In this document: piece by piece, positions 52,603 through 62,650 of the stretch
Layout: the number at the start of each line of letters is the position of its first letter
Position numbering within the stretch: the stretch's first letter is position 1
Origin: an uncultured Spirochaetota bacterium
GTDB lineage: Bacteria; Spirochaetota; Brevinematia; Brevinematales; JAOACQ01
Reading direction: 5' to 3'
Length of the DNA stretch: 64,000 bases
Assembly: GCA_963783575.1 (NCBI GenBank)
Contig: CAWAOD010000015.1
Coordinates: forward strand, 128,001-192,000
Translations under genes and position numbers: made by a program
Notes under the pieces: generated by a model
What the model was told of the DNA's origin: nothing
The model's input: the letters and a program-made list of their open reading frames with translations, nothing else
Databases searched by the model: none

Positions 52603-53691
52603 CTAAGGAGCCCTGCAGATATTGACACATTCCATCGGAGAAAAAACGTTAAGGTAACTTAAGTTTGTCACTGTCCCGCTCAAATCGCCATATACCAATA
52701 TGTCGCCCGTCTGGTCCCAAATGACCACATCGTTTTGATTGACGCTTAATCTCCATGGAGCAAAAGCGTTATTTGTAGAATAGACGGTCTTTTTATTTCC
52801 AAGCAAGTCATATCTTCTCAACTCAAGAAGGTTGTTGGAATCGCACCGGAGCACGAAAAGATAACTATTGTTCATTCCGAAAAACCATGACTTATTGTTC
52901 GGGTAAACCGATTCGTCTTCCGTTATCAAATTGCTTATCGAATTGCAGGACGACGGGTCGAGTTGTTGAAGGAGAAGGATGTTGCTCACGACATTCGCGG
53001 TGTAAAGATTTCCTCCGCTCTGAAGGATAGGCCCTTTTTGACTCCACCATAAATTTGTAGAATGTGTAATAACTCCGCTGGATATATCCATATATGAAAG
53101 ATAACCGCCCTCATTCTTTAATTTTAAAGGATTCCACCAGTAGTATTCGGAATAATATAAGAAATTGCCGATAAGAACAAAACCTTTGGAAAAATCCATA
53201 CTATCATTGACTGTCGGGAAATTCCCGCTCATAAGCGTCACCGGATTATAGGTATTGAACGACCAGCTGCCCGAACTGTTGGCCGGGTTACTCCCTGAAG
53301 CCAGAATAAGGATATTGCTCGACAAGCCTGTTATCACCGATAGTTCTTCGTCATAACCGGGAGCCCAGCTGTCGGCAGTATAGTACGTAAATTGAGTTAA
53401 AACACTCTGCATAAGCAGATAACGGAGGAATGAATAGGCTTGAGAATGTACCACGACATCGTAGCCTGGATAGGTTGTGCTGCTTCCGGTGGAAATTTTG
53501 AAAAATAACATAAGGTCGCCAGAGTTAATTGTTACCTGCTGGCTTGAAATACTTGATGCTGAAGAAGACGAATCTGCAATACTGCTTGATATGCTCGTTA
53601 CTGAATCTGTAAGCCCCGGTTTGTTCTGACATGCGGAAATCATTAATACTATAGAAAAAGCGATAAATATCATGATACTTCTGTCTATCAT
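52603..53691 (-). CDS. Hypothetical lipoprotein (possible beta-propeller)
   Basis: ISAC lipobox, Ser-rich linker, beta-rich body. Confidence 0.75.
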   Translation of the reverse strand: MIDRSIMIFIAFSIVLMISACQNKPGLTDSVTSISSSIADSSSSASSISSQQVTINSGDLMLFFKISTGSSTTYPGYDVVVHSQAYSFLRYLLMQSVLTQFTYYTADSWAPGYDEELSVITGLSSNILILASGSNPANSSGSWSFNTYNPVTLMSGNFPTVNDSMDFSKGFVLIGNFLYYSEYYWWNPLKLKNEGGYLSYMDISSGVITHSTNLWWSQKGPILQSGGNLYTANVVSNILLLQQLDPSSCNSISNLITEDESVYPNNKSWFFGMNNSYLFVLRCDSNNLLELRRYDLLGNKKTVYSTNNAFAPWRLSVNQNDVVIWDQTGDILVYGDLSGTVTNLSYLNVFSPMECVNICRAP

Positions 53692-53757
53692 TTTTCACCT
53701 CCGATTTACAACATTACCCAATAAAGTGTTGTATAGGAATAATATACTTCTTGAAGA

Positions 53758-55575
53758 TTAAAACCGCAATATGCTTCTTTTTTCTCCCAGAAATTCAACT
53801 TTGCTCGCCGGCAGACTGATAATGTAGTTTTCCCAATCAGTGATTAAAGAATTGAAATCCTTCCCAAAGGCGAAATTGAATTCACCGGAGAATTGACTTG
53901 AATCGTTGTTGTTAGTAAAAGCCTGTATAAAATCGACAATTTTTGCCCTTCCGTAACACAAATAAATGTAGTTCATGAAAGAAAAAGATTGATCATAAGC
54001 GACATCAGCCTCTGAGGCGGTAAGAACACCGAATGAATTCGTAGCTATGTATACCCAGTCAAGAAGCGAATTATTGGCAATATAGTTTTTCACATTATTA
54101 TTAGCATTCGTAACCTGGACGCAATTACTGATGAAATTGGCGCCGGCTATCTGCGCTATGCCTTCATTAATCCAGGACGGAAAACATCCTCCGCAGAGAA
54201 TATTTAAAATTTCGTTATGCATAAACTCATGCTGTAAATCGTAAACAAACTCTGTCATTGACCAATTGGTAAAATACGGCGAGATGGCAATCAAATTGTC
54301 ACCAGTTGCAAATCCTCCAGGCATCCATAAATTTGTTCCAAAAAATTGCATAAACTCGTTGGAAGTGGAGAAAAATACAATTATGGGTTTATTTAACCGG
54401 CTATAGTCATTCAGGAAACCATGATCCGCTATATATACTGTGCTATCAATATCAGCAGTATAAGTGCTAACAAAAGAAGCATACTCCGGCCTGTAATTAA
54501 TCTGAAAATACGTGCTCTGGAAGGATTCGGAAGAGTACGGCCAGCCGGAAGTTAAACAGGTATTGGTTATCCGGTTAAGGCTATCGTAACAATTTACAAC
54601 CGTACAGCCCCGTGTGGTATTGACATGGCTTCCGTCAGGCAAGTAATCACAAATGTCGCCATTGGAAAGAATGTAAATCTTATGCCCTCCCCCTTCAACC
54701 TCCTTATAACCGTTTTCAAATATTGCATTAGTCATTCCCGATGACTGCGCAATCCAAAGCTCTTTCCATGTATTCAGTATACATACATTCATTCCGTTGG
54801 AAAAGATCAAATTTTTATTGGAATTAACATTCCAGTAGCTGATGCCCCATGAATCAAACCCGGCTCTATAATCAGTGATTCCGAATGTCTCAAAAGTAAT
54901 ACCTTCCGGATAGATTAGTTTATAATAATCCGAGCCGTCGCTATTTGTCCAGCGGCAATAGTAAAAACCCGAGAAGGCATGGTAATCGATCAGGCCGCTG
55001 CTATATGCTGTCAGATAATAAGAAGACTGCCAGTTGCTGATATAGGTGTAATTGCGGGAAGCCGGTTCCCAGTAATAAGCGGAAGCCGTATTCATAGACC
55101 GTCCGCCGTCGGTATAGAGGCATTTCTGCCCACCGGAAGCATTTGTATAATAATTATAATTAGTAGCGGTATATGAAAGATACCATGTGTATGCGGCATC
55201 TGCCTGGTCAAAAGATTCCCATACGGGTTTCCGGTTTGTAATATCCGTCATTAAAGGAGGAATAACGGCCTGCCGCAGTGTCTCATAATTTGTAAAGAAA
55301 TAATTGTAAACGTTCCGGTCTTGTTCACAGTTCCAGTAATTAAAATTGGTGCAGTTATAGCCCGACATTGTCTGTATGACAGACAGGACAGCCGGAGGAA
55401 CGGAAAATGCCGAAGAGGAAGAACCGGAACCGGCCGACGATAAACCTGACGAAGTAGAACTGGAATGGGTTGTTGATGAAGATTCGGTCTCATTCGGTCC
55501 GGGAGTGGTCATATAACAGGAATTTTCAAGAATAATGCAGACAGTTAATAGAAATAATAAAATAATTTCTTTCAT
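53758..55575 (-). CDS. Putative lipoprotein with gluzincin/MA-like metallopeptidase domain
   Basis: Signal ending NSC, Ser-rich linker, HEFMH...PSWINEGIA...AYDQS. Confidence 0.75.
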   Translation of the reverse strand: MKEIILLFLLTVCIILENSCYMTTPGPNETESSSTTHSSSTSSGLSSAGSGSSSSAFSVPPAVLSVIQTMSGYNCTNFNYWNCEQDRNVYNYFFTNYETLRQAVIPPLMTDITNRKPVWESFDQADAAYTWYLSYTATNYNYYTNASGGQKCLYTDGGRSMNTASAYYWEPASRNYTYISNWQSSYYLTAYSSGLIDYHAFSGFYYCRWTNSDGSDYYKLIYPEGITFETFGITDYRAGFDSWGISYWNVNSNKNLIFSNGMNVCILNTWKELWIAQSSGMTNAIFENGYKEVEGGGHKIYILSNGDICDYLPDGSHVNTTRGCTVVNCYDSLNRITNTCLTSGWPYSSESFQSTYFQINYRPEYASFVSTYTADIDSTVYIADHGFLNDYSRLNKPIIVFFSTSNEFMQFFGTNLWMPGGFATGDNLIAISPYFTNWSMTEFVYDLQHEFMHNEILNILCGGCFPSWINEGIAQIAGANFISNCVQVTNANNNVKNYIANNSLLDWVYIATNSFGVLTASEADVAYDQSFSFMNYIYLCYGRAKIVDFIQAFTNNNDSSQFSGEFNFAFGKDFNSLITDWENYIISLPASKVEFLGEKRSILRF

Positions 55576-55628
55576 ATTACCCTGCTTAATTCTTAATGTA
55601 GAAACAGTTAATAACCTTCAATATTTTT

Positions 55629-55657
55629 ATTCTAACTATCCCATTATGAATTGTCAA
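55629..55657 (-). promoter_or_regulatory. Sigma70 promoter
   Basis: Minus strand TTGACA-17-TAGAAT, upstream of the start at 55575. Confidence 0.65.
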
Positions 55658-55860
55658 GAGAAATTCTAACTGATTTATCGGTTAAACCACCGGATTTCAA
55701 CCCTTCAAAATTTATTTATGATTTAGATGTGCTTTTTAAAACTGAATGATCGAGTGGGCTTGCCGTTCCAGGAGAATTCGAGGCAGCCTGTTACGAGTGC
55801 GCCTGTGATATTTTCCTGGAACTGATTAGGGAATTTAACATACAATTTATTTGATAGAAA

Positions 55861-55944
55861 ATTTTATAATTTCCAGCCTTGGTAAGTATATTCAAATTCA
55901 AAATTATTGTCAAAATAAATCGAATTTTTCACCGCCAAAGTTTT
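55861..55944 (-). repeat. Duplicated promoter cassette of about 84 bp, copy 1
   Basis: Highly similar to 59697-59779; contains TTGACA-17-TATACT (55913-55885). Confidence 0.8.
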
Positions 55945-56001
55945 GCACACTCTTCATTGTAATAACATGCCACAAAATGTAAAGGTAATATACTTTAGGG
56001 G

Positions 56002-57566
56002 CTATTTTAACGTTGGTAGTACATAATTCCTGAAGAACGGTTTTATCCCCATTTTTGAAGTTCCGCTTCCGCATACCGGCCAGATGATTTGTCCGTATAA
56101 TTGATATACGTTATTATTATCATAATATCCTATGCATAAATTAACGTCACTGATTCCGGGATTTACTGTCACGGAGCCTGAGTAAAGGCCTTCATTATTA
56201 TTCGAAAACCAATTAACATATGTATTTGAGATATTATTACCCTGGCTGACACAAACACCATAGGCCGCTGTCATGCCGGGACGAGTACTGAAAAGCTGTA
56301 GCTACTTCCAACTTGAAGCTGACTCACTGTAGGATAGGCCTGAAGCTGGATAGTGTTGGTTCCGTCATACCAAACTGAAGGCACGCAGTCCTGTTTCAGA
56401 TAACTTAACATGTCTGACTTGTTACCGCCCATCTGGACGAACCATAGCGCATACCAGCTGAAGCTCTCGGGCAAAGGCAGGTAAGGACACATTCCCAGGA
56501 TCTGATCAGGCGTATAACCAACCAATACCAATAATGTCGGTAAGTCGCCATTAAACTGCGGAGCGCTTGCCCAGCTGACAAGTGTCATGTTTGACGGCAT
56601 AAGCAGCCAGTTTGTATCAAGGGGGAAATGATTGAATACAAACAGGCGGGGATCCATATCAAAAAATGCTGACCAGCAATTGGTTAAAATAGTTGTATAG
56701 GCCCCATGAAAATTCACTTCTGCCCAAGTAGTTTCCATGAAATGCCATGAACCATCAATCAGTACGGCATTCCAGGCATGTGAGCCTATGGCCAGGCCGC
56801 CGATATTCGTGGTGCAATATATACTGTTAGAGTAGCTTCCATATTGATCGGAACCTGCTATAACTTGAGCTTTCAGGCCCAACCCCGCAATAATATTCGA
56901 ATAAAGCGCAGAGTGACCGCCGCAATCTCCTAAACGGTTCTCGAATACAAGATTTGGATCATGGTCTGCTTCTGATATCGTACCGTTTGAAAATGCGGCC
57001 CAATCGTAGGTTATATTGTACACAATCCAGTCGTATGCCCCGCGCGCACGGTCCCAATCATTATAGGATATGGACTGGATATAGTTAATTAAGCCCTGGA
57101 TACTGCCCGGTGAAGCCATATTTCTTATAGCAGAATCAATTCCGGGAAAATCGTTTGTATTTTCAGTGTTAACAGTCGTATAGACCGGAACCCAGTCCGC
57201 AAAAAGAGTAATATCAGACGATCCCATCGAAAATGTTGTTCCTGCGCAATAAACTGTCCCGGAAGCATTGGTCCAGCCAGCAAAGTTGTAGCCACTTATC
57301 GACATACCTCCTGTGTTTCCGAGAATTGTAACCTGTTGCCCATTTAAATATTTATTAGCGTCGATTGGAACGTTGCCCGCGGTTGCTCCATCAGCGTTGT
57401 ATGTTACCATAAAGGTATTTGTATTAGTGCTATTATTAGAACTAAAAGAAGATAATGATGAACTAGAACTCGATGATGTAGGGCTTGTTAGCGCAGAACA
57501 AGCAGCGATAAAAACTCCCAGAGTGATAATTATACTGGAAAATAACGTAATATTTTTCAAATTCAT
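56002..57566 (-). CDS. Lipoprotein with InlB B-repeat-like domain and transglutaminase-like core, frameshift near 56277
   Basis: IAAC lipobox, FAGW...LFADW, ARGAYDWI, GDCGG / HAWN / METTW; ORF 56002-56274 matches the C-terminus of the paralog 57864-59693. Confidence 0.8.
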
Positions 57567-57863
57567 AATAGGCTCCGTGTTTTATCCTTTATAAACATTA
57601 TGAATAATTATACTGAACTTTATATAATACCTCAATAAAAGGGAAATACGATAAATTCCATGAAACTCGAAAATATTCTATTTTCGATACTATATTTAAT
57701 ATATAAACAATACTATTAGTGGAGAATTATCATACCAGACCGTTTAAGAGTACCTTAGAGGTCATGAGCGGAAAAAATTATTACCCCTCGAAAACCAATA
57801 CATCCACCAGGAATGAACGAGAATCCGGGGGACGTTAAATCCTACCATTTTAACAAATAAAAC

Positions 57864-59693
57864 TTATTTTTTCTGTTTTGAAACAGTGAACTTCGGAAGT
57901 GATTTGAGCATCGGCAGAATATAATTCTTGGTAACCGGCTTGAACCAGAATTTTGATGCTCCAGCTCCGCTGCCACTGACCGTCCATTGCATTATTGGCA
58001 TTGCCCCGGTTCCATTCGTGAGGCATATGAATAAACCCACATTGCTGATCCCGGAATTTATCGTCACTGCACCCGAGTAAAGTACTCCATCGTTTGTCAG
58101 GCTTATCCAGTTGCCATCTTCGATTATCCAGGCGCCGCTTTCAGTTGAAAGGTCAATAACAAAGTCGTAAGTCTTGCCTGGTATCAACTCTCCATCGGAA
58201 GGATATTGCAAAAGCCGGATAGTGTAACCTGGGGGATAATATGCCATAGGCACTTGAGCCTGAATTAACCAGGTGATCATGTCAAGTTTATTCCCTCCCA
58301 TCTCAGCGAATTCGCTGGCATACCAGCTGTAACCATCAGGCAGCGGAAGGTGCTGTGACATTTCAAGGATCTCATCGGCGGTATAACCGGCTGATAATAA
58401 TTCACCAACGTCGCCGTTAAATACCGGTGCATTTAAATAATCGTTAAGAGTCATACCGTTATAAAATAACAGCATATTTGTGTCAGCAGGATAATGGTTA
58501 AATGCGAAAAGTCTAGGGTCCAAGTCGAACAGAGAAGGCACGAAATAAGGACAGAAAACATTGCTAGAACTTACTCCTCCCGCTCCCCAGCAGCTATCCA
58601 GGAGGTGCCCTGCGCCGTCAATAAGTACGGCATTCCATACATGGGTGACATTCGGCGACTGCCCGCCATGCCCTCCTATAACCGTGGCCTGCAGACCAAG
58701 ATCTTCGGCCATTGCCATAAACAGCTCGGAATAACCCTCGCAAACTGCCTTCCTGTTGCTGAACACACCCTGAGGATCAACCTCTGTCGCCGCACCGTTA
58801 TTATATGCCACATCATAGGCTATATTGTAAGCAATCCAGTCATAAGCACCTCTTGCGCGGTCCCAGTCGTCCTGTGATACAGACTGGATATAGTTGACTA
58901 CATCCTGAATGCTGTCCTCGTAAGCCGCGGGAATGTTGCTTATTGCAATATCAAGGGCGGAAAAATTTCTAGATGTGCCTTCATTAGTTATAGTACCGCT
59001 ATTACACCAAGATGAGTAAGTGATTATTTCATTTGAAAAAATACTCCATCCGGCGGCCGATCGGTAGACTGCAGAACAACTGGAAGGAACGAAGAACAGT
59101 GTCCCCGGAACATTAGGCCCCCCATACCATCCGTCACAATCGTTAAAAGCCTCGGATCCTAGAGCAGGGGGAGTAATCGCCTGTAATGTAACGCTGTTAA
59201 GACAACAATACGTAAATGCGAAATTGCCGATACTCATAATGCTGGCTGGAATTGTAACAGTCGGAATGCTGCAGGCCCAGAATGCATATCGGCCAATGCT
59301 TGTAACACTGGAGGGAATGGTTACACCTGTAATGCCAGGCAAGCCACAGAATGCATCATAACCGATAGAAGTAACAGGAAGCCCATTATAAGTTGAGGGT
59401 ATAATAATATTCCCGTTTGTCGCTGTCCCCGCCGTTACGATGTAACCTCCGTTAGTGAGGGTGAAAGCAAGACCCGGTGTTCCGTTATAGGAATTATTTG
59501 TACTTGAACTGGAAAAGCTGCCGGTTGAGTCTGAACTGCTGCCGCCTGATGCTGAAGGTGTAACCGCGCAGCCTTGCAAAAAAATTAATAAAATTATTCC
59601 TGAAAGAATCACAGAGATGAAAAGGATGTTTAATCTGAAACTTACAAAACACCCCCACAATAATTTTATTGTTAATATAATACTAAATGACAT
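57864..59693 (-). CDS. Lipoprotein with BspA-type LRR and transglutaminase-like core
   Basis: LQGC lipobox, VTIPSSVTSIGRYAF repeats, AVCEGY / HVWN / LDSCW triad; exact start uncertain. Confidence 0.82.
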   Translation of the reverse strand: MSFSIILTIKLLWGCFVSFRLNILFISVILSGIILLIFLQGCAVTPSASGGSSSDSTGSFSSSSTNNSYNGTPGLAFTLTNGGYIVTAGTATNGNIIIPSTYNGLPVTSIGYDAFCGLPGITGVTIPSSVTSIGRYAFWACSIPTVTIPASIMSIGNFAFTYCCLNSVTLQAITPPALGSEAFNDCDGWYGGPNVPGTLFFVPSSCSAVYRSAAGWSIFSNEIITYSSWCNSGTITNEGTSRNFSALDIAISNIPAAYEDSIQDVVNYIQSVSQDDWDRARGAYDWIAYNIAYDVAYNNGAATEVDPQGVFSNRKAVCEGYSELFMAMAEDLGLQATVIGGHGGQSPNVTHVWNAVLIDGAGHLLDSCWGAGGVSSSNVFCPYFVPSLFDLDPRLFAFNHYPADTNMLLFYNGMTLNDYLNAPVFNGDVGELLSAGYTADEILEMSQHLPLPDGYSWYASEFAEMGGNKLDMITWLIQAQVPMAYYPPGYTIRLLQYPSDGELIPGKTYDFVIDLSTESGAWIIEDGNWISLTNDGVLYSGAVTINSGISNVGLFICLTNGTGAMPIMQWTVSGSGAGASKFWFKPVTKNYILPMLKSLPKFTVSKQKK

Positions 59694-59696
59694 GAT

Positions 59697-59779
59697 ATTT
59701 TATAATTTCCACTCTTGGTAATTATATTTAAATTAAAAATTATTGTCAAAATAAGTCGAATTTTCACTGACAAAGTTTT
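59697..59779 (-). repeat. Duplicated promoter cassette of about 84 bp, copy 2
   Basis: Contains consensus TTGACA-17-TATAAT (59749-59721). Confidence 0.8.
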
Positions 59780-59929
59780 ACTGGATTACAATGCCTGAAT
59801 AACAGGCAGCTTCACACCGAGAAAGGCGGCTTACACCATAAAGATTCCCTGTAATGGAAGCCTGAAAAATTTTCCCGAAAATATTTTCTTAAAGTTCACT
59901 ATCAGGATTGGGCTTAAAAGACAGACTCC

Positions 59930-61576
59930 TTATTTATTCAGTTCCTTTTCATCGGATAATACACAGTTTAAAGCCCTGTCCCATAGGACTATCCTGTATT
60001 TGAGAATGTTTACGGGGAATAATCCCAAATTTGCGGTTATTTCACCGGTAGTTCCGGGATTGGAATTTCTGCAAGCTATAATCTGTCCGTTTATCAATAA
60101 ATCCGCCCTCACGGGTTTAATTGTTGAGGCAGTATCACTTTCAAGCGAATATTTGAAAGAGAATAAATTATCCTTAATTTTGAAAGGTTCTGAAATTATT
60201 AAACTGATTTTTCCGTTAAAAGGATTGAAGAGTCCTTTCATACTGATAGCCCTTGCATCTCCCCAGCCATCCTGGAAAGGATGTTTTCCAATCCGGGCAT
60301 ATGTATTGTATAAAAATTTTTTTGTTCCATAAAGTTTGTCAGCCTTTCGATCAAAATAAAACCAGGGTTGCTGTTTCCAAGTCCGGAACGATTGCCGGTC
60401 TCCAGAAGCCCTATTGAATCGGGATCATATCCTGCCAGCAAAGCCTCAGCCGTATCGATAGAAACCGGGTCTCTAGATGAAAGAATGGCATGCGTCATAA
60501 TATAGTCAACAGGCTGCGCATAATCAAGGCTGGTTATGCCCCCGGTCGGGTTTGTCGGCCCCCTCCTGTTCCCGGTTAAACAATCCATAAGGATAAAATC
60601 ATATTCACGGACTTTGTGCTGTGCACAGAGATAATCCAGAAGATTCTGTTTTTTATGCATTCCGGTCATATCCCAGTAAAGGCCGCTATGCCCCCAGCGT
60701 CCGGTATCACCTTCCGAAGCCTGAAAAGGCCTGAAACCGTAATGCAGCTTCAGCGCTCCCGTTATACCGGTAATCCCATGGCTTTTAAAAACAGGCAAGC
60801 CGATCAGTATATCGCAGTATTCGTTTGTATCCGACCCGGATTTTACGGCCTGTTCCTTTGTACGCATAAATTTCGGCATCCAGACATTAATATAATTATT
60901 CTCGTTGTCTTTAACCTGGACAAGATAACGATCCTTAAAGTATACAGAATCAAGGTTCACTAATTGAGCTTTTGACGGACCGTCCAGATAGCCGTTGCCG
61001 TTTTCGTCATAGTCAACATTAACGCCATGATCCTCTTTCCAGGCGCGACCAATAAAAACTCTGCAGGTTATCTCTTGCCGAAGGGTTTTTATCCATGGAA
61101 TAGCAGGCATCCGCAACCTTCAAGCCGGCTGTTCCTTCAAAACCAATTATATCCCTGATTTTTTCAGCCATATACCGGGCAATCCTGGGGTCAGTTATCA
61201 CACCCCGGCCTTTATCACCGTTTTTTCCGACATACGGCCCGACATTGTTCACCTTTATAACTACTTTATCACCCTTTTTTATGATAACCGAAAGGCCGTC
61301 CGGGCCGAGAACCTGCGAGACGGCATCATCGATTATTTTTTTCAGTTCTTCATCATCCGGTTCCGCCCGCCTGGATACAAAACCCACCCTGGAAAGGGCT
61401 GAGGGTTTGTCATACTCCGATTGCACTTTTATTGAGCCGGCTTCCAGTATGAATGCCGCTTTGTCCGATCTTTGAACTGATTTATTGCCGCAAGCCATCG
61501 TAATTATCCAGATAACTGTCATTACCGCCAATAAAATTATAAGCCTCCATCTGATTTTAAAAGATGTTTTTATCAT
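59930..61576 (-). CDS. DUF362-like lipoprotein, split by frameshifts near 61037 and 60320
   Basis: TMAC lipobox, IKKGDKVVIKVN, TDPR, LPVFKSH..TGALK, SRDPVSID; the three ORFs join with single-base corrections in A-runs. Confidence 0.75.
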
Positions 61577-61594
61577 AATCTTACTCCCTTTTAA

Positions 61595-62631
61595 TTATTT
61601 CGGCGAAGCTTCGCCACAGAAGTATTTATACTCCGACCATCCGGAATTCGATACCCTGACCGTCTTTTTTGAATTGATGTCATAGCAGTAAAATTGAAAA
61701 ATACCGCTCCTGTTTGAGAAAAAAACAATACCTTTCTCATCCTTTGTAAACGCCGGGTAAAGTTCGCAGATCGAACCCGAAGGCTTTGAAATTACAACGG
61801 CATTGGATACTACCAAAGTCTTGATATCTATTTCTGCAGTAACAAGCGGATGCCCCGTATAGGAAAAATTTCCCATGACGTATCATATTCATAAGTTATA
61901 CGGGTTTCACTCGGGGATAAGTTCAGACGGGAAGGAAGCGCGTCAAGCAGGTAATAAAAATTCATCGGTTCATATTTTCCTATTTGACCGGGGCTTGCTG
62001 TTAAAAGATACATAAATGGTGGATGATAAAAACCTTTACTGTCCGGTCCGCTATTCTCAGTCCCTCCCCTTCCGCTTGTTGTTATTATTCTTCCGTCCCT
62101 GGTGCAGGTGCATCCGAACTCGCTGTATTCCGGGTCGCTTATCAAAAGTTCATCGCCAGGTTTGGAGTTAGGCGTTGTACGATAGATATGACAGCGCTGC
62201 AATTTGTTATCATAGCGGTTGATAATAATATAATTGGATTCCTCCCTCGACCAGGTAGGGTTATAATCGGTAAATTTGCCGCTTGTCAGCTGGCAGAAGT
62301 CCGTCCCATCGGGCCGGACAATACAGATGGCGGTTTTCCAGCGGCTTATATCAGGCCCGTTGTTTCCCGTTATCCTGAAAAAAACAATCCACTTCCCGTC
62401 CGCCGACCATGATGGTTTGTAATCGGGATGCCCACTTGTAATGGGCTTTCCTTCAGGCTTTCCAAGGACATTTACGTAAATTTCGTCATTCATTGAATAA
62501 GTCCCGGTTAAATCCGGCAAACCGGGGTTTGACACAGCGTTATCAGGGACAATTGCGGCATTTCTGCCGGCGCATCCTGTAAGCAGGATAGTTCCTAAAA
62601 TAACTATCAATCTTAAATAAAATAATTTCAT
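61595..62631 (-). CDS. TolB-like (PD40) beta-propeller lipoprotein, frameshift near 61873
   Basis: GGAGG-ATG 62631, LTGC lipobox, PSWSADGKWIVF, PTWS; has TGGGA where the paralog has TGGGGA (W-G-N). Confidence 0.82.
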
Positions 62632-62650
62632 AAATCCTCCTCTTTCCTGT

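Noticed and set aside
60317..60323. Programmed ribosomal frameshift at the A7 run
   Set aside because: The same gene has a second indel and similar breaks occur across the window; sequencing error is simpler
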